From assembly GCF_022045235.1 (NCBI RefSeq), contig NW_027266341.1, forward strand, positions 56,234,001 to 56,298,000: a DNA stretch of 64,000 nucleotides. Reading direction: 5' to 3'. The notes under the pieces are model-generated. The model was given only the letters and a program-made list of their open reading frames with translations. It was not told where the DNA came from and searched no databases. How positions within the stretch are numbered: position 1 is the stretch's first letter; each line of letters starts with the position of its first letter. A program made the translations under genes and the position numbers. This stretch comes from Haliotis cracherodii. Its lineage: Eukaryota. Positions 14,701 to 26,722 of the stretch are shown in pieces.

Positions 14701-15850
14701 TGAAAGACTTAAGTACAACAGAAAGAGGGTCGAAAATGAGTTTGGCAATACACAAGCTGCTCAGAAGGAACAACAAGGACAGTTTGATAACGCCCACAAA
14801 TCTGCCAAGCATAATGCTGCTTCAAGAAAAGACAACTACCAGGATGCTAAGAAAGCTTCCAGGGGCTTCAGCCTTAACAAAGCAAACAGGGATTCAGCAG
14901 CCAAGTCCAACATCAATGCTCATACATTCGACAAGGCTGCCCAGCAGGCTCATGGAAACAAGAAGGATATTGCTGAGTCTGACTTCAAGAACCAAAAGGA
15001 TTCCCTGCAGCAGAAACAGCAAAAACTCCACGACAACACCATTGGAGCCTTTGGAGTCAGTGCTGATGGTTACAAGAATGCCAAGGCTCAGGAGAAACAG
15101 TCTAGCGGCAGCGTCCTTGGCGGAACTGGTCTTAACGTTGGATTCGGCATCGGGTCATCGGCTGCTTACAGAGATGATAAAAACGGTGTTCTAGGAAACA
15201 TTGCTTCTGGAGCCCACGACAATGACTTTCATGGCAACGTTGTTACCGGGGCAAACCGGAATGAAGTCCACGGTGTTTCTGGTGCTGTAAATGGTGTTCA
15301 TGATTCCAACAATATCCACCAGGGAGATGTTGTTCATGGTTCCAACAATATCCACCAGGGAGATGATATTCATGGTTCCAACAATATCCACCAGGGAGAT
15401 GATGTCCATGGTTCCAATAACTTTCACCAAGGAGGTAACAGCTACAGAAACGGTAACAGCAACAACGCTGGTTCCTATGGCAGCACTGGAAGTCAACACT
15501 TCGGCGGTAAAAGGCGGGTTGGTAATCTGGATAACCATGGTCAATCTGGCTACGGAAATAACCATGCCAATAGCTTTGGAAGCAGCCTCTTTGGCCATGG
15601 TACAGGTAGTTTCGGCAATGGTCTGTTTGGCAGCTTCGGTTCTTTTGGACATGGAAGTGGACGAGGTAACAGTAACTTTGGAAGAAGCTATGCTTCCAAA
15701 TCCGGTGAACGGACATCCGTGCCCCGATCAGGTGGACTGTTTAGTTCCTCCTTCGGCAGTTCATTCAATAAACCCAAACCTTTCAGGTCATCTTTTGGGT
15801 CTAAACCACAATTTGGCTTTGGCCTAGGTTCCAAAGGACCCCTTTTCTAA
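11779..15850 (+). CDS. Gene 2: paralogue of gene 1, ~864 aa; join(11779..11784,13262..15850)
   Basis: ATGAAG|gtaagt donor. The ttacag| acceptor at 13261 is in frame with the 865-aa ORF and gives MKAVYATLVTALYAAVVLA. AATAAA at 15962. Long blocks identical to gene 1, e.g. AYNRGKVFNDNISYGFDKKF and ENFKKLKRFYHDKKSGGNN. Confidence 0.92.
15296..15433 (+). repeat. Coding 36-nt tandem repeat x4, (V/I)HGSNNIHQGDD
   Basis: catggttccaacaatatccaccagggagatgat repeated inside gene 2; absent from gene 1. Confidence 0.9.
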
Positions 15851-16044
15851 AGACATTTGACTATCATGTGGTATTATAACTTATTCGGTTGGGGTAAAAT
15901 GTGAAGACTAGTATCTCTGTGCATCAAAGTGAGCAGTCGTGTAGTGCACTATTCCTGTTTGAATAAAGATTGCATATGTCACCTAGACAATTGTGTTGTG
16001 TGTGAAAAGACAATGACTCTTATCATTAGAGTCTTAATTTTTCG

Positions 16045-16205
16045 GGTAGTGGGGTAGTCTAGTGGTTGAAGCATTCGCTCGTCACGCCGAAGACCTGGGT
16101 TCGATTCCACATATGAGTACAATGTGAGAAGCACATTCTGGTGTCCTTACTGTATTGTTGGTGGAATATTGTTAAACGCGGCGTGAAACTATACTCCCTC
16201 TCTCA
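16045..16205 (+). mobile_element. SINE family A
   Basis: ggggtagtctagtggttgaagcattcgctcgtcacgccgaagacctgggttcgattc...gcggcgtgaaac. Confidence 0.85.
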
Positions 16206-17900
16206 ATTACTCTGTTCCATGAACACAGCTTAAATATTTTTACAGATTTAATACTATTTAATGACCATCTAAGTATGAGGTGCATATCACACCAGACTAG
16301 TTAACGTCAGAATTGGGAACTATATTGATAGATAAATATGACCGTATATGCTTTTATATCTGAATGTATATTAATGCAAACACAAGAATTGATGACTACA
16401 AATCAGTGCTGGCTTTACTTTATATGCTGGTCAATCCAGATTTGACTAAAACTGTGGTCTTATTTAGTTGCAATTGTTGCATAGTAATAACACATTGATC
16501 ACGCATGCTCATTTAGGTATTGACTCTTCATGAAAACAAGCCAACGAACATACATAACTTCCAAATTACAGAAGATGCACTGCACAATCAGGTCAATTCA
16601 GTTGAAAAAACGCACAGCTCAGAGTTTAAAACACAGTATACAAGCCCGACTACATATAGCTGGAATATTGCAGGATTCTGCGTTAATAAAAAAACCCGAA
16701 CAACATCCAATATACCACTGTAATGTTGTCGGCCTTTGGCAAGTCTTCGTAAATCAATTTCATACCTACGGTAAATCATCATTACCTATTACAATATTGT
16801 ATTATCTCGAAAACATTGTTGTCATATTTGGTCAAAACATATACAGTCACATTACTACCATATTACAAGCGCTGTTGTAGAGCTTGTCACCGATCTGAGA
16901 ATCGGTTCCAAATGTACAAGTATCCCTCCTTGGATTATATCAATTAAACAATGTATGAAAACCAAATAACGCTGATAAACAAATTTTGCCACTGTTTGAG
17001 TCGCTTGAGAGTCGCAAATGACAAACGTGATATCGCTTTTTTATTATGTATACTTAGATGCATATATATACGTATACAAATCCACTCACATTTTTTTAAT
17101 TATACGAACTCGAACTCGGATTCGCTGAATTCCCGGTTGGCTCGAATTCAATTTATAGTTAAAAACATGTTACATTTTCCCTGATAAGTTAACTCATTTT
17201 TGAAGCCAAACTTATAGTTAAATACATACAATGACCTAAACACGATTGTTACGTTTGATGACAACAGCCATCGTTTATCAACAAATAGAATTGAAAAGTA
17301 ATTTCTTCGTGTTATAACTATTAGTTAAACTGACTTCTTTCAAAAGCTTTTATAATATAATACTGGTGATACTTTGAAATTAAAATCGGCTAAAGATGAA
17401 GGGTGAGGCACAAACATGGAAGGGAAACTGTAAGAATAATTCGGGCACAGTTTTACACAACATACTGTATATCGATGGCATTTTATTGCGTCATGTGAGA
17501 ATAAACAAGTGTGATTACCGGGTTCCCCTTCAATGTAGCAATCAAAGTTTAATGTATGTATATTACCGACGGGCGATCCGCCCCATGGGGAAACTGGGCG
17601 TACCTTACTTGGTTACCATGGCAACGTATTCTTAGCGATAAGCTCACCACACTTAAAATTATCCCCATCAATCTTGCGTTTACAGTGATCACGGTATTTA
17701 AAATTCGTTGAATTATTTGAGATGGAGGTTCTATGTTATTGTTAACCATTGGGTATAAACAGAATTGTTTACAAAACAAAATGTTATGCCCATACATGCC
17801 CATCATGAATTTACTATTCAATTCACTTTGTGGCAAAACCCGATAACGTAATCCTGCATCATGAACTCTATTCGACTTAAACGTAGGTATATATGTTTTG

Positions 17901-18262
17901 GACCCGTGAAGATCCGGGGTAGAATAGGTCTTCAACAACCCATGCTTGCCGTAACAGGCGACTAGGCTTTTCTTAAGAGGCGACTAACGGGATCGGGTGG
18001 TCAGGCTCGCTGACTTGCAATTGGTTGATGCAGGTCATCGTATCCCAATTGCGTGGATCGAGGCTCATGATGCAAATCACTAGATTGTCTCATCCAGACT
18101 GGATTATTTGCATTTTGTTTGTTGTTTAACGCCGCACTCAGCAATATTACAGCTAAATGACGGCGGTCGGTAAATAATCGAGGCTAAGCATCCGGTCTGA
18201 TTATTTACAGACCGCCGTCATTCAGCTGATATATTGCTTAGTGCGGCGTTGAACAAAAAAAA
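17901..18262 (+). mobile_element. Repeat family D, near full length, with an inverted second 3' end inside it
   Basis: gacccgtgaagatccggggtagaatagg...gcgactaacgggatcgggtggtcaggctcgctgac...gattatttacagaccgccgtca...gtgcggcgttgaacaa. Confidence 0.85.
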
Positions 18263-18639
18263 TAAAATATTATTTGACATGATTACAACTTGGTAACAAT
18301 ATGGTAGTACGCTGTTTTAGGTGTATATAGTCTATACATTGTATAACAAATAACCGATCAATCATCAATAATCCCCGTGTAATTTCATTTAATGTACACA
18401 TTATAAGCAAATAACGAATAAAGCGATATTCCATATTTGGAACATTCCTTCTATTACTCCATCGATAATGAAATATTCCGCAATAAAAAGACTCAATTTG
18501 AAGTAACTACGATGTTTTAGTTAATACTGATTTAGTTTGTTCACAAGTAGTGTACAACTGTAGTTATAGTGTAAGTGGTACTTTGACTGGATCGTTTGAC
18601 TAAAGCAACTCCTTGGAATGTAAGATGGAGGGGAGGAAT

Positions 18640-18883
18640 GAGAGAGAGTGATTGAGTGAGTTTGGTTTAACGCCGTTTTTAACAATATTCCAGTAATATC
18701 ACGGCGTGTCAGTTGAATGTGTGAGGAAAGCCCGAAGTGATGCAGGTCTCAGACGTTTACCACTTCGGTGAAACCCATGAGCACGGGTATGGTACTGACA
18801 TACCTAGAAACAAAATCGAGGCGGACCGGGATACGAACCAACAATCATAGGTTTCTGGCTTGCCGAAGGGCCACCCTCGACGA
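18640..18883 (-). mobile_element. SINE family B
   Basis: Reverse-complement match to 43770-44026 (gaaagcccgaagtgatgcagg, ggtgaaaccc); runs into the assembly gap. Confidence 0.85.
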
Positions 18884-19011
18884 NNNNNNNNNNNNNNNNN
18901 NNNNNNNNNNNNNNNNNNNNNNNNNNNNNNNNNNNNNNNNNNNNNNNNNNNNNNNNNNNNNNNNNNNNNNNNNNNNNNNNNNNNNNNNNNNNNNNNNNNN
19001 NNNNNNNNNNN
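18884..19011. other. Assembly gap (128 N)
   Basis: Run of N. Confidence 1.
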
Positions 19012-20434
19012 ATGAAGAGCAGAATTGTAATTTCCAAGCAATGTGAATAACATTCGTTATACCCAGAGTAAGGTTAATTGGAGTATTGAAAGTTTTATGA
19101 TGGACAAATTCAATAAACAAAGATGTGTGTGGTTGATGATGAATAAATCCTTTTGTTTTGAAACTTGGATTTATCAAACATTGGTGTATATATATATAGA
19201 CAATATATATATACCTATCTTTCAAAAGAAAAGGATTTAATCATCATCAACCAGATTTTATCGCGTCGATTAATTTTACTTTTTGAATGATAATCGCTGT
19301 CCTTTAAATACAGATAAGTCTGAGAGAGAGCGGAGGGCTCGTCGCTTAAGCTTGCCGGTACATGTTCACATTAATGTCATAAAATAAAATGTTAAAATGA
19401 TGTGCTTACTTACGTATAGTTAATATACCTTATGTTTAACTAGCATTTCCCTTGAGTTTCATATCTACTTTTCTATTCATAACCATGTTAACAGCATAAT
19501 AATGTAACAATTCGGAAACCTCTTAGATAAACCACCCAAAGAACAGCAGGTAGTCGCCATATCATTGCCTTGGAGACGCGCACGTTCTTCTTTTAAGGAG
19601 CGTTGTATAGAACCTTTTAAGTACGTTCTCGAGTGAATCGTAAAATAAACGTATTTTCTCTGTTTAAAGAGGACATCAAAACACAGTTGCAAGTTCATCT
19701 GGAAATATTCATGATCTACTAATGACAGAGGGTGTCTTTCAGTTATCGGAGGACAAAGGATTATTCAAACTCGATATTTTCATCATGGCTTTTAAAGTTT
19801 TTCACGAGTTCCACAAAGAGGATGTTACGGGCTAATGACATAAGATCATGGCGTCTTTAACCACAAGGGGTTATTGGAAAAGAGGTATAACAAAGGTCAA
19901 AGGATATCGCCTAGGGCATGACAGACAGAGCATACCCTCTCAGTCAGTTATTTAAATGATTTAGTATGAGATGAAAGTCAATTTGAGCAACTGGCAGTTT
20001 CCTATTGATTCCGATCTACACTAATTGTTTGTGAATGGTATAATTAAGCCTGCCCACATTTTTCTATTTGAACAATCGAAAACTGATTCCCATTATCATG
20101 GCAGATGTTGAATAATAAGAATAACTGCTAAATCTCATAGTACTTTAGGGAAAACCTGAAAACTAAGTACTACATTTACGTGTAGATTAGGCGTGGAATG
20201 TGAATCAATTATATTGCGCTTGAGGTCCTTTAGTTACATCGGGATCCCTCGATGTTTGGGGATGAGGATGCGGTAGAGTTAGGCGGGGCCTGGCTGGAGT
20301 CCCCGAATGACCATCTTTCCTTTACCTGCATCCATAGTAGGTGGGCCATGGCGAATCTAGGGATGCCACTTACAGTGTTGTTTTTCATTGTTCAAAACAA
20401 TATAGCTGCTGCAGTATATATTGACGTTATACAG

Positions 20435-20680
20435 CGACAGCGCCTCCGTGGTCTAATGGATCGAGTGTCTGCCCGGAGAACGGATGGTCGTGTGTTCGAT
20501 CCCCGGCCGCGTGATACCAAGAGACGTTAAAAGATGGTACTTGTTGTTACCATTAAGGTCTACATTTAGGGGCTAACAGAAGGGCTGGTCGGCTCTGAGT
20601 CAGTATACTGTGTCTGAGTGGGGTATGCATGTTAAGCAGCGCGATGGTATCTCAGTGGGCTAGGACTATATAGTCAAACA
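20435..20680 (+). mobile_element. tRNA-derived SINE family C (3' truncated)
   Basis: cgcctccgtggtctaatgg...gttcgatccccgg...ataccaagagacgttaaaagatggtacttg; homologous to 22823-23176. Confidence 0.85.
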
Positions 20681-20743
20681 AGTTATAGCATACATATTCT
20701 CTCAAATAGCGAATCAGATCACTTTTATGCCTAAATCAGAATT

Positions 20744-20746
<3 letters not shown>

Positions 20747-20801
<55 letters not shown>

Positions 20802-20813
20802 TCTCTCTCTCTC
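20747..20813. repeat. (CT)n microsatellite
   Basis: Directly visible. Confidence 0.95.
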
Positions 20814-20873
20814 ACCATGTCGTGGATATCAGTGTATAGCTATCTTGTGTCCCACTAAAACTAATTAGAGTAT

Positions 20874-21100
20874 AAGTGAGTTAGAGTTGGGATTTACGAT
20901 GCTTTGAACAGTATTCCAGTTATCATAGCGAATAAGCTTACTGTTGGAGGAAAGCCCGAAGTGATGCAAGTCTATGACATTTGCCACTTTGGTGAAACCC
21001 ACGAGCACGGGTATGGTGCTGACAAACCTAGAAACATAATCGGGGCTAACCGGGGTTTGACCCCAAGATCAAATGTTTCTGGCGTGCCTAAGGCACGAAT
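20874..21100 (-). mobile_element. SINE family B
   Basis: gaggaaagcccgaagtgatgc...ggtgaaacccacgagcacgggtatggtgctgacaaacctagaaac matches the other B copies. Confidence 0.85.
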
Positions 21101-21361
21101 TAAAGAATTAAAGTAATATAGAGTGTATATGTCACTGTACATGTGATTAATGTACATTCATCTCTTTGGATAATATACGTGATCCAAAATTGTTTTTTTA
21201 ATGCTGGCTGCTTAAAATGATTGATATTCACCAACAATAGTCCAGATAATTATATTAAGAAACCATTTATTCACAATAAAGTAAAATGATATGTTAAAAT
21301 AGTGTCCATGGATAATATACTGTATATATATATAGGTATCACATAGTCAGTCGAGATTACA

Positions 21362-22149
21362 CTAATGGTAAACACCTCCGAATTTTCCAAATCCCAAACC
21401 AAGAAGGCTATTGAAGCCATTGTAGCCACAGTTGCTATGACCATGGAGACCATGTGCATTCAGACCGTTGTATCCGTTGCAATTGGAGCCTTTGCGTTTG
21501 CCATAAACATTATGGTAGACAACGTAACCATTGCCAGGAAAACCGTTGAGACCAAGGCCCATGTTGAAGCCATGTCTTCTGGTGAGGCCCAGTCCTCCAT
21601 TGAAGCCAAGGCCGAGGTAACCTGGGCCCACAGCGAGGGTGGAGGAACAAACCACGGCGAAGACAATGAGCGTGACCTGGAATGAATAACAGTGTGTGAG
21701 TGAGTGAGTGAGTGAGTGAGTGAGTGTCCGATGACAAGGCCACAGAGTTCGATCGCCCGATCCAATTTAGTCGACGCCTACGACCGGAACAGGTTACCGG
21801 GCACCTATTACAACCCGCGTCGTATACATACATGAATTACAATATATCACACAGTTGTAAAACGGTAATGTTCATCATAATATGACGTATCACATTATCT
21901 CCAAAGAAAAATACCAAAATGTTGACGGGTACTGCTACATATATAAACATTCATCCTTTAGTACCATATACTTCTGTATCAAACTTTAACGTTGAAGCGT
22001 TTTTGTCTGTCAATTACGTAAATTTCTCGTTTAACCTTTCCCATATAAAACTGACACTATATCTGAAACTTACGAATATATGTCGTCATACTACTGAATA
22101 CAAATGATGGGAAACCAGTGATTTATTTCCATCATGGCATTACCTTCAT
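21362..22149 (-). CDS. Gene 3: small secreted Gly/Asn/Leu/Tyr/His-rich basic protein, ~106 aa; join(22149..22144,21676..21362)
   Basis: ATGAAG|gtaatg on the minus strand. The ttccag| acceptor is in frame and gives MKVTLIVFAVVCSSTLA-VGPGYLGLGFNGG...GGVYH*. TATATA at 22232-22237; AATAAA at 21271-21266. Confidence 0.85.
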
Positions 22150-22822
22150 GATTGTAAGAGGGTGCTCTGCAAGGATGGTACCAGTCTGATCTGAAAGACT
22201 CCGGTAAGGACGCCAAGGTCAGTGCATCTCCTATATACAGTATGTCCAATCACATATACATAAGGATTTCTCACTGCCTAATGAATATGTTAATGATTGG
22301 TTGTCGTAAAATTTGATCCTATCCTCGATTACATAATTCTGATTGATGACTACCCTCTGACCCATCTGACGAGCCATGCATACACTGACTATACTCTGTG
22401 TGAAACTTTGACCGTGTGAAGCTGTGGATTTCGAATGACATAAACCGAAAGTCAAACGTGACTGTAATCATGTCATCATTGGTCATATTTCTTAGAAGCA
22501 ATTCATAAGTTCTTTCTGTTTCTTTGAAGATTGAAGTCGAGTGTTTATGTGGGTTGTCGATTGATCCCCATAGATATACATTGTTCTGATATTCATTTCG
22601 GCTTATCACTTGCAATGTGTTTCCATAGGTCAAGCTCAAATACCAATTATGTTGTTTCCTTATTTGAGATGTACCGCAGTTTAAATGGTGATAATATTTG
22701 AGGTGGGTTCTTTTAGATACTGTTACGCTAGGTTAAGGACGAGGTTAAAGTACCCTGGTCTGTCTGGCGAGGGACTCGTTGTGTGCAAAACAATCTGTAA
22801 ATTCATTTATGTCCCTGTCATG

Positions 22823-23176
22823 GACCGCCTCCGTGGTCTAGTAGTAGAGCGTCCGCCCGGAGAGCGGAAGGTCCGGGGTTCGATCCCCGGGCGCGTCATA
22901 CCAAAAGACGTTAAAAGATAGTACTTGTTGTTACCCTGTCTGGCGCTCGCCATTAAGGGGCTAAAACAAGGACTGGTCTGCTCGGAGTCGGAGTACCGTG
23001 TCTGTGTGGGCTATTCATGTTAAACTGCGGCATGGTATCTCAGTGAGCTAGCACTATAAATCGGCAGCAGTCCGGACTAGTACAAGCAGCCACACAAACA
23101 CACACACGTACATGCAGCGTATATATAAGTGCAATAATCTTGGACGCGACGTTAAACACCATTTCACCTCACCTCA
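22823..23176 (+). mobile_element. Full-length tRNA-derived SINE family C with 9-bp TSD
   Basis: A box tggtctagtagt, B box ggttcgatccc, (tcacc)n tail. TSD cctgtcatg at 22814-22822 and 23177-23185. Confidence 0.9.
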
Positions 23177-23212
23177 CCTGTCATGATAATTATTGATATT
23201 CATTGTCAACAG

Positions 23213-23250
<38 letters not shown>

Positions 23251-23251
23251 C

Positions 23252-23292
<41 letters not shown>

Positions 23293-23510
23293 CATATACC
23301 ACACTAGTACTAGTATATGTTCAAATGCGGTTATATATGTATGTGTCCCCAACAAGTGGATCCTTTTCCATTCCAGTTATCATTTTCAACTCCCTGGGGA
23401 GAATACAACCCAAGCTGCCAACGGGCGCTAGAAGGTTTTATAATTACACCTACCTCACATATCGGGTACCCATTCCCTGCTGGGTGAACAGAGACACATT
23501 TGAACTGAGA
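23213..23510 (-). mobile_element. SINE-like fragment (family E) with (TAA)n tail
   Basis: Minus strand reads tgtctctgttcacccagcagggaatgggtacc...ctccccagggagttga..., ending in the (ATT)n array at 23213-23293. Confidence 0.6.
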
Positions 23511-25977
23511 TGATCTCAGTTATCTTTTTAATAAGGCAACAGTACATCGTTTAGCCCTACACTTCAGTTACGAACCAGCTACGCACACTATGAAGAAAGA
23601 GAAGAAGAAGTTATTTTGTTTGTTATGAGGCAATCGACTTATGTATTGTATCCATATGGTTAAAGAGAACCATGATAAGTGTAGTAAATTATTTTTAAGT
23701 TAAAGTGTTTACTAACAGCATTACTGTGTATTTGCAAATAGCAAGCTCATGTGTTCACTCTATCTTGATCAGACGTTATAAATTAGTACATTGAATTTTC
23801 ATTTATTAGGATGTACATGTTATTTTCCAAGAGATACAAGGAGATGTTCTTTTGACGTAGAGCCAGAATTCCACATCAGTACAACATTATATTCATCATC
23901 TATTCATATACTTGAAGATTAATACACAAGTCTCGCAGTGATCATTTTGTTCTGAAGGACACGATTTGTGAAGTTATTTTAGTAGAATGATATCGTCATA
24001 TTAATGCTAAGGCGGATTGTAGACAGACTGCAATGAACTGCCATCGTCGATTAAAATATTGTTGCGCAAACACATTCCCTTTTTTGCCGTAAGCAATAAG
24101 CGAACTTTCTGAATAACTAATTCTTTGATGTACATCTATGACAATTTGACATTTCGTTGCTATTAAACATGTTTTATTCACTTATAGTTGAGCTATATCT
24201 CAAACAACAGCCGAGTCCGGATTGATCAGAAAATCATAATGTCAGAGATCTTATATCTTTTTTCTGTAGTCACAAAACAGCTCCAGTGCATCACGTAGTT
24301 AGGTGATTATATGAAAACATGAATCACGATATCCACCCTCGTTGATCCGATGTATAATTCATGTATCTTCATATTCATTATACTAGAATGGAGATATAAA
24401 ACACTGGGTGATCGAAGATGCACGACGGTAAAAAAAATATGTTGGGTTCTATTATATATATATTTTCTATGACGTCATAATGCTGGGCGGAGGTCCCTTT
24501 TTGGTCGCTACTAAACGGCACTGATGCCTATGCATTGTACATCATGGATATTTGTTTGGTTTAGTGAATAAAAACATTTTTATGTTCATTTATTCGTTTC
24601 GTGACTTAAAACATTAAGGTAACATATACTTATCAATGAATATCATATTGATAAGAACGCATTACTTTGACAGTTCTCGCGAAACGCTATCATTAAAAAT
24701 TATTATTTCCCGTCTCATTTTTCTTTGGACGCTTCGAAAAACAAACGCTTGGAGACAAAATGTGAATGAATGCTTGGGCTACAAACATACCACGATTAAG
24801 CTACATTTACGACGTGGATAAAGAAACTCCCTCATCTTCAGCATCATTCTACGGTTTGACTTTGGGAGACATTTATGAAGCTAAACACTCAAATAATTAT
24901 ATCATTGCTGAGATTAAGGGACTTGTCCGGTTTACTGGGCATACAGTTGTTATCTAACGTTAAGTAAGAGGGTCGTGTATAGAACTAACGAATGTATAAC
25001 ATCAAGCCCAAGTTGTATTTGTATTTCTGTCCAATATCAAAACGACAACCTCAGCATGTGTTATAACATTAAACGTGAGAAAGGCTGTATGTTCTCTAAC
25101 CTTCTTTTTTGGATAAAGTAAAAGTCTTCAAATGTGATGTTGTGAGGGACATCTGAATTACGTAAATGTACTAAACTATACGTGCAGAATGTAATCTAAA
25201 ACATTTCTAAGGAATGAATTGCCCAAGACAGCAAATGATGTGTCAGTGCCGTATGTAGACTGTGAGGAAGCTCTGTGTCCTAACTAAACTGAAATAATAC
25301 TATGACAAAATTAATTTGTTTTTCTTCATCAGTGGTGTGTAAGAGTGGTGGTGGGGTGGTGGGGCTCTATGACTTCGCTGTAAATGTGTTTATCGTAATA
25401 CATATATCTCTATTTTAACTCACGATCTTCAGGCAATGTTTCTACTAATATACTAACCTTGTATCAGAGTCTTAAAAAAATTCAACCTGTAATTCTACAC
25501 AGTTCTGGCTTGATAGGATTAACTATTAAGGAATTCCGAAATATAACGTATTTTCCCAGGCCTATACGAATCTGTAGTCCCCCGATGAAGCAAAATGTAT
25601 TTTCCAACTGATTGAGACACGTCAACACGTCAACACGTCAACACGTCATCGTGTCATCTACATGAAACGATGCACTGGAATAATACGATTAGTTTTCGTT
25701 TTCAACGGTAATTCATGAAATAAATGAATTATGAGAAACGAATTCCAAGAACCAAGCTGAGGGGTGACAGGAAAGATGGCACTGTGTCTCTTTCGGGACA
25801 TTGGCTTGTACATGTATTCAAATGTGAAACCATATGAAATGAAAATACGCAGGAGGAGCCGAAAAAATTTAACTAATAGTAATCTTCTTATTACAAACTC
25901 GCACCAACCATGCTAAAGGCATAATAATTAGTCATTAGTGTTAATATTTATTTTATTTTCGTGTCATGAACGTCTGG

Positions 25978-26130
25978 TATGAGTGAGTTGAGAGTAACGA
26001 GCTTTGAACAGTATTTCAGGTATATCACGGCATCTATATCCATTTCAGTGAAACCTACCTGCCTGAAGTAGTCAAGGACTCGCGATCGCTTGATCCAAGC
26101 ACAACTAAAGGACGCAACTAGGTGCCGCTA
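25978..26130 (-). mobile_element. SINE family B, decayed
   Basis: gagtgagttg...gctttgaacagtatttcagg...tatcacggc...gtgaaacc. Confidence 0.5.
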
Positions 26131-26722
26131 AAGGCCACCTGTACTCCCAACACATGTGTGTTTTCAAATTGTAAACTTCCGGTGAACTTCCGAATCTCAT
26201 TGTACGAGATTTTCTTCTGACCAAGTAGTTTCAATCGATGAAGGGAACGACTTTAAACATATGGGAAGGTCTTACTTTCCCCAAAAGGCCTACTATGGGG
26301 TCTTACGTCTTTCAAGTAAGACCAACGGGTTGGGGTATGAAACAAATATACATCTGTGATCAATGTGTGTATCAATCAAAGATGATGATGTCGATTGTCC
26401 CCACTCCCCTACCCTTACCAAGAACTCATTTTCGGTCATGAACCTTTACTGGAAGCTAACTATTCAACAACATATTTCAATCGGATTAAAATAATGTTTC
26501 CATAAGAATTACGTGTATGTTTACATTTCTGTTTGAGACGAAGTATTTGAGCTGACTCATCACTTTTTGATTGTTTAACTTACAGTCAAGCGCCAGCCCC
26601 CACACGTGTTCGAAAAAGAGCACATAACGAGGGACAATATTGTGTCGATGATTGTATTATCGATATAATATATACATCAACAATTTAACATAATGATTAT
26701 ATATGATCATGGTAATACACAT

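Noticed and set aside
2638-15827. Many antisense and alternate-frame ORFs overlapping genes 1 and 2 (e.g. 2784-3434, 2965-3624, 14673-15194)
   Set aside because: Shadows of biased codon usage in low-complexity exons; no splice, promoter or signal-peptide support.
18757-19225. ORFs spanning N runs (also 44437-44871)
   Set aside because: Artefacts of assembly gaps.
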